Made by a program: the position numbers and the translations under genes. The notes below the pieces were generated by a model that was given only the letters and a program-made list of their open reading frames with translations, had not been told where the DNA came from and ran no database searches. From Gemmatimonadota bacterium (GTDB lineage Bacteria > JAAXHH01): a stretch of DNA of 64,000 nt. Shown here one piece after another: positions 18,977 to 26,913 of this stretch (the stretch's first letter is position 1; each line of letters opens with the position of its first letter). The stretch spans positions 3,465 through 67,464 of the forward strand of contig JAPOYX010000184.1 of assembly GCA_026706345.1 (NCBI GenBank), written 5' to 3'.

Positions 18977-19157
18977 TACCTCACACAGGTTTCCAGCAAA
19001 GTCATTTTAAAAGAACCTTTGCTATACCATAGGGAATCCTGCTCCGGGTATCGATGGCATGCCTCACCAGAACGGAGGACGTCAGAACTGCCCGGGGGGA
19101 CAACCACTGTTCCGAACAGGTTCTCCTAAAAATACTTATGCTCGCCTGTGTGGGGTA
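18977..19157 (+). ncRNA. candidate rod-shaped small RNA of about 181 nt (6S RNA-like), or a structured ecfT leader
   Basis: The predicted 5' end lies 7 nt after the -10 box. A 13-bp closing helix pairs UACCUCACACAGG (18977-89) with CCUGUGUGGGGUA (19145-57). It continues through AGCAAAGU/ACUU(A)UGCU, AUUUU/AAAAU and GAACC/GGUUC, separated by loops. A large central asymmetric region is followed by CUCCGGG/CCCGGGG (19043-49 with 19091-97) and an apical domain. No ORF with a plausible start. Confidence 0.4.
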
Positions 19158-19241
19158 TTCTATTGCCCGGCGCGACAGCGGGGCGTGACATTCCTGTCCA
19201 TGCCTGCGTCTCCTTCCCGCAAGCTGTAATTCAGCGACCCC

Positions 19242-20063
19242 ATGCTCCAGAACCTGACGCTGGGACAGTACTACCCCGGCGAATCTTCCATACATCGACT
19301 GGACCCGCGCACCAAGCTGTGCGGCGCCCTGGCGCTGATGGCGGCGCTGATCTGGGTAAAGACCCTGCCGCTTTTTTTCTTCATGCTGGCCATGGTCAGT
19401 GTCCTGGTCCGGGTCTCCGGCGTGCCGCTCCGCCTGCCGCTGAACAACCTGAAGGCCTTCCGGCTGATTCTGATCATCACCTTCGCGGCCCACGCGTGCT
19501 TCACGCCGGGAGAAGTCGTGGTAGTCGCGGGATACACCGTGCCGGGGCCCACCTGGGAAGGGATGTTCCAGGGCGTGGTTTTCACCCTGCGCCTGATGGT
19601 CATCATGCTGATCGCGGCGCTGCTGATGTTGACCACCGCGCCGCTGGACGTGTCGGACGGCATCGAGCGGTTGCTTAAGCCCCTGGAACGTTTCGGGCTG
19701 CCCGCCCATGAGTTGGCCATGATGATGGTCATCGCCCTGCGGTTCATCCCCACGCTGGTGGAGGAAGCGGACCGCCTGCAGAAGGCCCAGGCCGCCCGGG
19801 GTGCCGACTTCACCGGGAATCTCTTCCGGCGCGTCCGTAAAATGACCGCCCTGCTCATCCCCCTCATGCTCTCGGCCTTCCGGCGGGCCGAGGACTTGGC
19901 CGTCGCCATGGAATCCCGCTGTTACCGGGGCGGTACCGGCCGCACGCATTTTCGCATTCTGGCCCTGGGCCGAAACGACTACGTGGCCATGGGTGCCGTG
20001 GCGACCCTGCTTGTACTCAGCGCGGTCGTCAACAGCAACAACACCATCAACAGTCTGTTCTGA
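19242..20063 (+). CDS. ecfT: energy-coupling factor transporter transmembrane component EcfT (CbiQ family)
   Basis: 273 aa. N-terminal GQYYPGESSIHRLDPRTKL is the hallmark EcfT start. Multiple TM helices. Conserved ARG...F coupling-helix region (AQAARGADF). Confidence 0.9.
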   Translation: MLQNLTLGQYYPGESSIHRLDPRTKLCGALALMAALIWVKTLPLFFFMLAMVSVLVRVSGVPLRLPLNNLKAFRLILIITFAAHACFTPGEVVVVAGYTVPGPTWEGMFQGVVFTLRLMVIMLIAALLMLTTAPLDVSDGIERLLKPLERFGLPAHELAMMMVIALRFIPTLVEEADRLQKAQAARGADFTGNLFRRVRKMTALLIPLMLSAFRRAEDLAVAMESRCYRGGTGRTHFRILALGRNDYVAMGAVATLLVLSAVVNSNNTINSLF

Positions 20064-20095
20064 TCCCCGGCCATCCGAAACACGCCACTTCCGCC

Positions 20096-20842
20096 ATGCG
20101 CACCCTGGTCCTCAAGCTCGAATACGACGGCACCGGTTTCCTCGGTTGGCAGATCCAGTCCGAGGGCCGCACCGTGCAGGGCGTCCTGGAGGAGGCGATT
20201 CACACCGTTCTGCAGGCCGACCTCCGCGCGACCGCGGCCGGACGTACGGACGCCGGCGTGCACGCCACCGGTCAGGTCGTCCACTTCAGGACGGATTCGG
20301 ACGTGATGGTGGATCGGCTGAAGAAGGGGCTGAACGGCGTCCTGCCGCCGGACGTGCGCGTGCTGGAGACTGCGCTGGTGACCGATGACTTCCACGCACG
20401 ATTCAGCGCGGTGGGACGCCGGTACGTCTACCGGATCATACGGCGCCCGAGCGCCATGCGCCGGCACCATGCCTGGCACGTGGCTTACCCGCTGGACGTC
20501 GACGGCATGCGCCGCGCCTGTGCGCCGCTTTCCGGCCGCCACGACTTCACGTCCTTCTGCCAGGCCACGTCGACCGCCGACGGAACGATTTGCGAGGTGC
20601 GGGAATTGGACTGGGTCGAGCAGGACGACGAACTCCGGCTTCATATCGAGGCGAATCGCTTCCTCCACCACATGGTCCGGACCATCGTGGGTACGGCTGT
20701 GGATATCGGGCGCGGCCGATGGCCGGAAAGCGCCATGGCGGAGATGCTGGAGGCGAAGGACCGGAGGGCGGCGGGCGCCAACGCTCCGGCGCACGGACTG
20801 TGCCTGGAAGCGGTGCGCTATCCTTCCGAATTCGGGATCTGA
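20096..20842 (+). CDS. truA: tRNA pseudouridine(38-40) synthase
   Basis: 248 aa. LKLEYDGTGFLGWQIQ and catalytic GRTDAGVHA. Confidence 0.95.
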   Translation: MRTLVLKLEYDGTGFLGWQIQSEGRTVQGVLEEAIHTVLQADLRATAAGRTDAGVHATGQVVHFRTDSDVMVDRLKKGLNGVLPPDVRVLETALVTDDFHARFSAVGRRYVYRIIRRPSAMRRHHAWHVAYPLDVDGMRRACAPLSGRHDFTSFCQATSTADGTICEVRELDWVEQDDELRLHIEANRFLHHMVRTIVGTAVDIGRGRWPESAMAEMLEAKDRRAAGANAPAHGLCLEAVRYPSEFGI

Positions 20843-20919
20843 GATCGGGTGGACCAGGCGGTCCGGGCGAGCCGGGCGGACCCGACGAACCCGGCGGACC
20901 CGGCAGATCCACCACCACC

Positions 20920-20940
20920 ATTCGCCCCTGCGGGGCGAAT
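20920..20940. terminator. perfect 9-bp hairpin between convergent truA and trmJ
   Basis: ATTCGCCCC-tgc-GGGGCGAAT. No U-tract on either strand. Confidence 0.35.
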
Positions 20941-20947
20941 TCGATGA

Positions 20948-21715
20948 TTACGACCCGCCGCCGCGACGGTCCACGTACGCGTCGATCTCGTCACAAACCT
21001 TGTGCAGCGTGGCGACGTCGCGCTGTTCCAGGCGCAGGCTGCGCCGCAGGACGCGGCGGATGGAACGCAGGAAGGTCTCCTCGCTCGGCGTGGACGTGAA
21101 GCCGATCCTGAGCAGCGTTTCATGAATGCGCCGAGAGACCCGCTCCACTTCCCGGTGCCCGGCCAGGCGCACCTCGGAGGGCAGCGGCGCCTCTCCTCCG
21201 ATACGAAACAGTTCGTACGCGCAGACCATGACGGACTGGGACAGGTTCAGGGACGGGTAGGTTGTCGCCGCGGGGATCCGGGCGATGACGCTGCACCGTT
21301 GCAGTTCGTCGTTCAGGAGGCCGCGGTCCTCCCGACCGAAGAGAATCCCCGCAGGCTGGTTCCGAGCGACGGCAGCCAGTTCGGTGCAGGCCTGCTCCAC
21401 GGACTGGATGGGGTTCAGCCAGATGCCGCGCGTGCGGTTGGTCGTACCCACGACGAGGGCGAGATCATCCACCGCCTCCTCCAGCGTCGGGACAACACGG
21501 GCCGTATCCAGGATCTCTCCGGCGCCGTGGGCCATCCATCGGGCTTCCGCCTCGTGGCGGAATTCGGCGGGGTTGACCAGGACGAGGCGGGAAAGGCCCA
21601 TGGTCGTCATGGCCCGGGCGACGGCGCCGATGTTACCCGGCACTTTCGGTTCCACGAGGATGATGTGGATTCGGGAGAAAAAGTCCGGTGCGATACTTTC
21701 CGATCGATCCGCCAT
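20948..21715 (-). CDS. trmJ: SpoU-class tRNA/rRNA 2'-O-methyltransferase, TrmJ-like
   Basis: ORF 20948..21763 trimmed to ATG 21715 (MADRSESI...). IHIILVEPKVPGNIGAVARAMTTMGLSRLVLVNP is the TrmJ-type N-terminal motif. Confidence 0.85.
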   Translation of the reverse strand: MADRSESIAPDFFSRIHIILVEPKVPGNIGAVARAMTTMGLSRLVLVNPAEFRHEAEARWMAHGAGEILDTARVVPTLEEAVDDLALVVGTTNRTRGIWLNPIQSVEQACTELAAVARNQPAGILFGREDRGLLNDELQRCSVIARIPAATTYPSLNLSQSVMVCAYELFRIGGEAPLPSEVRLAGHREVERVSRRIHETLLRIGFTSTPSEETFLRSIRRVLRRSLRLEQRDVATLHKVCDEIDAYVDRRGGGS

Positions 21716-21783
21716 GGGGAGATCCGAGTGTTTCCGAAACAAACAAGCCGCCCTCATATACATGGGACGGCTGGGAAATGGCT

Positions 21784-21809
21784 GGCGTCTCTGTTTGCGG
21801 GGAGACGCC
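21784..21809 (-). terminator. hairpin immediately after ccmD
   Basis: GGCGUCUC-(loop)-GAGACGCC, an 8-bp perfect stem starting 2 nt after the ccmD stop. The tail is only weakly U-rich. Confidence 0.35.
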
Positions 21810-21811
21810 GG

Positions 21812-21979
21812 TCAGGCCTGCCCGTCTTCCTTCGACTCCAGTGCTTCCACGGCGGCCTTGAGCTCGGCGATCTCCGTCTCCAGCTTCTTCTCGCGGCCAG
21901 CCAGCGTAAAGAGGTAGAGGAACAGTCCGACCAAGATCAACGTATAGGCGGAAAACAGGTACCAGAAGTTCTGATCCAC
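21812..21979 (-). CDS. ccmD: CcmD-family small membrane protein (55 aa), absent from the ORF track
   Basis: GTG 21979 is preceded by GGAGAG. Translation MDQNFWYLFSAYTLILVGLFLYLFTLAGREKKLETEIAELKAAVEALESKEDGQA shows one TM helix with the YLFxAYxxIxxGLFxYL pattern of CcmD-family proteins. Lies 73 nt downstream of ccmC. Confidence 0.7.
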   Translation of the reverse strand: MDQNFWYLFSAYTLILVGLFLYLFTLAGREKKLETEIAELKAAVEALESKEDGQA

Positions 21980-22052
21980 GGTGTTAACTCTCCTTTAACG
22001 CGCACAAAACCGTACGCTCAAACCTGCGCTGTCTTACGCTCCAGATATCCGC

Positions 22053-22781
22053 TTAAACCCCGACACTGCCGGGATGCCGGTGCTCCACGCGTTCCCGCAG
22101 GGTCTCCGTCTCGTCGTGTAGCCGCTCCAGCGCCATCCGTCGTCCCATAAGGTAGAAGAACAGCAGGGTGAAGGCGATCGCCGACACACCCAGCGCGATG
22201 CGCATGTCGACTTCCATGCCCGCGCCGAGACCCTCTTCCGTCATGACCAGGGAATCGGGATGCAGGCCCCGCCACCACATGGTCGCGAAATGGATGAAGG
22301 GGATGTCTATCGTACCGAGGATGCCCAGCACGGCGAGGAAGGTCTTCACCTGGGGCATGTCGTCGCCGTACACACGCAGCATCAGGTAGGCCACGTAGAT
22401 GAGCCAGAGGATCATGGAAAAGGTGAGCCGCGGGTCCCAGGTCCACCACGTGCCCCACACCGGCTTGCCCCAGATCGGTCCGGTGATCATCACGAAACAG
22501 CAGAAGACGAAGCCGACCTCCGCGGCGCTGTAGGCCACGATGTCCCACCTGCGCTCCCGCAGCCACAGGTAGATGACGCTCGATACGCCCACCAGCACGA
22601 AGGCGAACTCCGCGATCCAGGCGGAGGCGACGTGAAAGTACATGATCCGCTGCACATCCCCCATGACCCGCTCCCGGGGCGCCCAGAGAAGCGAGAGGTA
22701 GAGCGAGGCGACCAGGCCCACGAGACAGATGAGACCGAAGGGCGTGATGCGCAGGCGGGCGGCGATTCCGGCCATTTTCAT
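22053..22781 (-). CDS. ccmC: haem exporter protein CcmC
   Basis: 242 aa. Tryptophan-rich WWD motif WGKPVWGTWWTWDPRLT. Conserved His-containing loops. Confidence 0.92.
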   Translation of the reverse strand: MKMAGIAARLRITPFGLICLVGLVASLYLSLLWAPRERVMGDVQRIMYFHVASAWIAEFAFVLVGVSSVIYLWLRERRWDIVAYSAAEVGFVFCCFVMITGPIWGKPVWGTWWTWDPRLTFSMILWLIYVAYLMLRVYGDDMPQVKTFLAVLGILGTIDIPFIHFATMWWRGLHPDSLVMTEEGLGAGMEVDMRIALGVSAIAFTLLFFYLMGRRMALERLHDETETLRERVEHRHPGSVGV

Positions 22782-23458
22782 TCCTCCACGATGTACTCGA
22801 ACAGCATGACGGACGCGACCAGGAAGACGACGGTAAACACCGACAGCAACCTGATCCAGTTCGTCATGTCCTGCCAGTCCCCGCCCTCGAAGGCGGTCCG
22901 CGTCGTCTCCACCAGCGCGATCAGGACTGGTGAGGCGACGGGCAGCAGCAGGACCGGCAGCATGACGTCCCGCATGCGCGTGTTGACGGCCACGGCCGCG
23001 AACAGGGTGGCGACGGACGAGAAACCGACCGTCCCCAGAAAGAAGATCACCAGTAGTTTAGACAGATAAGGCAGGATTGTCATGTTGAAAAACAGGACGA
23101 AGAGGGGCAGCACCGCCAGTTGGACCAGCCCGATGAGCGTGATATTGCCCAGCAGCTTGCCCAGGAAGATGGATCCGCGGTCGATGGGCGTGAGGAGCAG
23201 GCCGTCGAAGGTGCCCCGGTCTTTCTCCGGCGAGAAGGACCGGCTCGCACTCAGCATGCCCGCGAAGGCGAAGGCCACCCAGATCATGCCGGGAACCACG
23301 CGCCGGATTACATCCGCCCCCGCGTTGAAGGCGAAGTTGAAAATGATCACGACGATCAGCGAGAAGACGAACATGGTTACGGCCCGCTCGCGGGTGCGGT
23401 ACTCTACGACCATGTCCTTGCGGTAAATCTGCCATGACTGAGCGAGGAAGGATCTCAT
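22778..23458 (-). CDS. ccmB: haem exporter membrane protein CcmB
   Basis: 226 aa with 6 TM helices. ATGA overlap with ccmC. Typical start ...YRKDMVVEYRTRE. Confidence 0.88.
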   Translation of the reverse strand: MRSFLAQSWQIYRKDMVVEYRTRERAVTMFVFSLIVVIIFNFAFNAGADVIRRVVPGMIWVAFAFAGMLSASRSFSPEKDRGTFDGLLLTPIDRGSIFLGKLLGNITLIGLVQLAVLPLFVLFFNMTILPYLSKLLVIFFLGTVGFSSVATLFAAVAVNTRMRDVMLPVLLLPVASPVLIALVETTRTAFEGGDWQDMTNWIRLLSVFTVVFLVASVMLFEYIVEE

Positions 23459-23565
23459 GGGTTCTGGCTTCTCCCGTCTCCAGCTCTTCCCGGGTGCCTG
23501 GTACCTGGTTTACACGGATTCGGGGCCGAGGCCTGTTTCGTGAGACGACCCGGACCGGACAGCGA

Positions 23566-24276
23566 TCATACCGCGTGGTCCCGGTAGGTCCGTTCGAATT
23601 CGACCTGAGACAGGCCACGGGTCTCGGCCTCGAAGACGAGGCTTCCGCGGTTCAGGATGGCCACGCGGTCGGCGGACTCCATGCCGCGGACCAGGTCGTG
23701 GGTCACGAGCAGTATCGTCTTGTTCCGCTCGATAAGGATTGCCTTCAGCATGGCCAGCGCGTCCTGGTCCAGTCCTGAGTAGGGTTCGTCAAGCAACAGG
23801 ATATCCGGGTCGTGCAGCAGGGCCCGGGCCAGGGCCACCCGCTGGCGCATGCCGCGTGAAAGCGTGCGGACCGGACTCCCCGACCTGGTCTCCATGCCCA
23901 CCGTGCGCAACAGCTCTTCTATCCGCTCCTCGCGGTTTTCTACCCCGAACAGTTTCCCGTAAAACCGCAGGTTCTCCCGTACGGTCAGTTCGTCGTATAG
24001 ATAGGTCTGGTAGGACAGCACGCCGATCCGCCTGCCCAGGGATTCGTCGCGGTCCTTCGTGATTTCGTCGCCGTCGAGGAACACCTGGCCGCGGGACGGG
24101 CGCACGAGCCCGGCGATGACGCCCAGCAGGGTCGACTTGCCCGCGCCGTTGGGACCGAACAGGGCCAGGAAGGAACCGGGCGCCACGTCCATGTCCACCC
24201 GGTGCAATGCCCGGAAACGGCCGTAGGTTTTGGTCAGCTGACGGATGCTGATGCCGGGGGCGGATCGATCAGTCAT
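23566..24276 (-). CDS. ccmA: ABC ATPase CcmA
   Basis: Walker A GPNGAGKST; signature LSRGMRQR; Walker B ILLLDEP. Operon context with ccmB/C. Confidence 0.88.
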   Translation of the reverse strand: MTDRSAPGISIRQLTKTYGRFRALHRVDMDVAPGSFLALFGPNGAGKSTLLGVIAGLVRPSRGQVFLDGDEITKDRDESLGRRIGVLSYQTYLYDELTVRENLRFYGKLFGVENREERIEELLRTVGMETRSGSPVRTLSRGMRQRVALARALLHDPDILLLDEPYSGLDQDALAMLKAILIERNKTILLVTHDLVRGMESADRVAILNRGSLVFEAETRGLSQVEFERTYRDHAV

Positions 24277-25459
24277 CGCGGCTCCCGGTTCGGCGCAGCC
24301 GCAGCGCCCGGTCTTTCAGGCCGTCGCGGCGGACGCGATAGGATGACTCGTCCAGCCCTCCGCTCTCGTAATGATCGTCCAGGGCGGCCATGGCCTGGAC
24401 GATCGCCGTGTACTTCCGTTCGTCCTCGGGCGAGAGATCGGCCCGGGCCGGCGGTTCGTCCGGCTGCTCGGGCTTGACACGGATCCCTACGACGAGGCCG
24501 GCGGCCACGATGAGCACCACGAATCCGAGCATGCCCCATTTCATGACGTCCTGCCAGGCCAGGACGCTGGGGAAGGCGACTTCCACCGACATGCCCCGTC
24601 CCACGCCGACACGGTTCGAAAGCAGCAGGTATTCGTCTTCGCCGACCTGTTGCACCCCGTCGTTGGTCAGATTGGTGGCGGTGACGGTCTCGCTGCTCGG
24701 TGAGACCAGAACCTGGACCCTGTCCACGTTATAGTCCATCTGCCTGGTGAACCGGTGGTCTATGGACGCCCTGTCCACGTTGTAGGCGTATACGATCCGG
24801 GCGACCCCCGGGGGTATGGGCGCCGAGAACAGCAGACCGCGATCGGTATGCTGAAGCCCTTCCACCATCGGCTGCAGTCCGAACGCCGCCGCGGGCAGGG
24901 TGTAGACGAGGCCCAGGCCCACGGCCGGCGGCGGCGCGAAAGTCAGGTTGCCCCGGTTTTCCACGACGATGATTTCCGTGACGTTCAGAATCTCCGGTCC
25001 CGCATCCACGACCAGGTGGACCGCGCTGTGGACCAGGTCCGTTTCATCGGTCGTGATATCGAAGACCTGGAGCAACTCCTCTACGCGGCCGGAGCCCGGT
25101 TCGAGGGGGATGTGCCCGGTCAGGTAGGGCATCTCCAGGTACCGGGTGGCGACCACGTAGTGCGACCCGTCGGCCGCCAGTCCGGTGAACTCGTAACGGC
25201 CCTCACCGTCGGTAACGACCCTTGCAAGGGTCTGATCCGGACCCTCTTCGCTACTGTGATTCAGCAGGGTCACCGGGTGTCCCGCCATCGGCAGACCGGT
25301 GGTTCCGTTCACGACGGCGAGGGCTATACTTGCCGTCTCCTGGGCCTGCGCCGGCCGGATCGGCCCGATCACCACGCTCACCGCCATGGTGACACAGGCC
25401 ACCAGGACCGCATAATAAACAAAAAGCCCCGAAGGGCCCGAAATCCGCTCGGATCTCAA
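24269..25459 (-). CDS. bitopic membrane protein: periplasmic carboxypeptidase-regulatory-like (Ig-like) domain, C-terminal TM helix and CcmI-N-like cytoplasmic motif
   Basis: 396 aa. N-terminal anchor/signal; AVVNGTTGLPMAGHPVTLLN...VVTDGEGRYEFTGL (CarboxypepD_reg-like). TM WGMLGFVVLIVAAGLVVGI, then YTAIVQAMAALDDHYESGGLDESSYRVRRDGLKDRAL. Confidence 0.8.
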   Translation of the reverse strand: MRSERISGPSGLFVYYAVLVACVTMAVSVVIGPIRPAQAQETASIALAVVNGTTGLPMAGHPVTLLNHSSEEGPDQTLARVVTDGEGRYEFTGLAADGSHYVVATRYLEMPYLTGHIPLEPGSGRVEELLQVFDITTDETDLVHSAVHLVVDAGPEILNVTEIIVVENRGNLTFAPPPAVGLGLVYTLPAAAFGLQPMVEGLQHTDRGLLFSAPIPPGVARIVYAYNVDRASIDHRFTRQMDYNVDRVQVLVSPSSETVTATNLTNDGVQQVGEDEYLLLSNRVGVGRGMSVEVAFPSVLAWQDVMKWGMLGFVVLIVAAGLVVGIRVKPEQPDEPPARADLSPEDERKYTAIVQAMAALDDHYESGGLDESSYRVRRDGLKDRALRLRRTGSRDD

Positions 25460-25469
25460 GGAATCACCA

Positions 25470-26093
25470 TCACGTCAGTTTTTCTCCACACTGCGCGCAG
25501 AATTTGGCAGTGGCCGGATTTTCGGTACCGCAGCCGCCGCAGGTACCGCGCTTCAGAGAAGCGCCGCACTCGATGCAGAAGTTGGCGGATTCCTCGTTGA
25601 TCGTGCCGCAACTCACGCACGACTGAACACTCACGGTCTGCGCCGGCCGCTCGGCGGCGGTCTTTCTTTCTTCAACAGGCGTATCCACGACCGGCGCCAT
25701 TTCATCGACGGCCGTATCATCGACGGCCGTCTCCACTACAGTGGCCGCCGGGTCCCGCCGCCGCCGGACCTCCAGCACTGACTCCTCGATCTGTTCCTCG
25801 ACGGACAGGTCGGTGCCGGCGGTCCGATCCAGTTCGTCGAGCACGTCCGACGCTTCCTGCATGTATTCCTGGCGGAGCGCTTCGTGATCCTCGGCGGCCA
25901 GCTTGCCCATGTTGTAATCGATGTTCAGCTCGCGGATGGACGAATAGATGAAATCCTTCTTCTTCAGCAGATCGTCCCGGCGGGACCCGGTGGACCAGGC
26001 GGTCCAGGGGCGGCGGGCCGACCCTTCCAGCATAGGACTGATCATGAAGGCCAGTACGCCCAGCGCGAGCAGTCCGCAAGCAACCAGTGTCAT
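25470..26093 (-). CDS. membrane-anchored double zinc-ribbon protein with CcmI-N-like motif
   Basis: 207 aa. N-terminal TM MTLVACGLLALGVLAFMISP, then FIYSSIRELNIDYNMGKLAAEDHEALRQEYMQEA. Two C-terminal ribbons: CVSCG...CIECG and CGGCG...CAQCG. Confidence 0.8.
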   Translation of the reverse strand: MTLVACGLLALGVLAFMISPMLEGSARRPWTAWSTGSRRDDLLKKKDFIYSSIRELNIDYNMGKLAAEDHEALRQEYMQEASDVLDELDRTAGTDLSVEEQIEESVLEVRRRRDPAATVVETAVDDTAVDEMAPVVDTPVEERKTAAERPAQTVSVQSCVSCGTINEESANFCIECGASLKRGTCGGCGTENPATAKFCAQCGEKLT

Positions 26094-26147
26094 GATCCGA
26101 ACCGGCTCCCCTTGTACGCGTGCCGGACGAACCGGTGCGCCGTCCCC

Positions 26148-26621
26148 CTAGGACCGGGGAAGCGGCTCCGGCGACTTCGGCTCGGTCTGCTCATACTGAC
26201 CGTATCCCCCCTCGGCCTCGTACTTGGACGGACACTTGGCGTAGAGTGTATGGGCGTTGAAGGTCCCGTCCCGGGCATATCCGCCCTCCACGACCACTTC
26301 CGAATCGTCCCTGAATGTATCCGGGACTACGCCGGTGTAGACGACGGGGGCCTGAACACCGCCCTCGTGAGCGATGAAACGGATGCGCATGGAGCCTACG
26401 TCGCCTCGCTGGATTGATCCGTTCACGACCTTCCCGTGCAGGCGCAGGTTCTCGTCGTAGGCCACCTCGCCCGTTGCTACGGCGGCCTTCAGTTCGCTCA
26501 CGGTCAGGTAGTACATGGTCGCATCGGTCACCCCGGTATAGATCAGGTAACCGATGGCGGCGATCACCAGGCCGAAGCCCACAAGGAATTTCCGCTGCTT
26601 TTTCCGTTTACGATTTTCCAT
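26148..26621 (-). CDS. ccmE: cytochrome c maturation haem chaperone CcmE, Cys-type (CxxxY) variant
   Basis: ORF 26148..26753 trimmed to ATG 26621 (MENRKRKKQRKFLVGFGLVIAAIGYLIY...). OB-fold core LRLHGKVVNGSI...VPDTFRDDSEVVVEG. The haem-binding position reads AKCPSKY (Cys130, codon 26234..26232) instead of the canonical H-x-x-x-Y. Confidence 0.9.
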   Translation of the reverse strand: MENRKRKKQRKFLVGFGLVIAAIGYLIYTGVTDATMYYLTVSELKAAVATGEVAYDENLRLHGKVVNGSIQRGDVGSMRIRFIAHEGGVQAPVVYTGVVPDTFRDDSEVVVEGGYARDGTFNAHTLYAKCPSKYEAEGGYGQYEQTEPKSPEPLPRS

Positions 26622-26913
26622 GGTATGCTCCGTAGTTGTCTTGTCTGGCGCGACCCTCGCAATATAGGCGATTCGCCCGGTTCCAGCAAGCGATATTTGT
26701 CGCCGCGGACAGTCCTCCGGCTTGCCGCGGATGCGCGTTTTCGCCGTCCTCAAACCCTGTAACCTGCGCCGGCGAATCTGCTTGACACCCGGCCGGGCCT
26801 CCCCTACCTTACGCCGGGGTCAACCCCGCCAGGAGTCACGTCCAGAGACCATGGCGCCTGCCCCGTAACCGCCCGTGTTCGCGCACCGGTTCGGATTTCC
26901 CTTCAGGAACATC

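Noticed and set aside
19023-19118. Partial resemblance to a cobalamin riboswitch core (AUAGGGAAUCC ... CUGCCCG ... CCACUGU) upstream of a CbiQ-family gene
   Set aside because: The most conserved elements (GGUG-N-AAUCC loop context and the B12 box AGYCMGGAGACCKGCC) are not present. The long end-to-end rod fold fits a 6S-like RNA better. I kept it as an alternative to test with cmscan.
20848-20864. 17-nt exact match GGTGGACCAGGCGGTCC, also at 25989-26005
   Set aside because: One copy is intergenic and the other lies inside the zinc-ribbon gene. At this G+C content, a single 17-mer coincidence in 64 kb is not clearly beyond chance. There is no flanking similarity.
20843-20919. GC-rich GGNCCNGGCGG-type imperfect repeats that translate as collagen-like GPGGPGEPGGPDEPGGPG
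   Set aside because: They lie in the short spacer between convergent truA and trmJ. There is no start or SD, and the containing ORFs (20590-21099 and others) overlap real genes out of frame. This is probably just structured GC-rich spacer next to the 20920-20940 hairpin.
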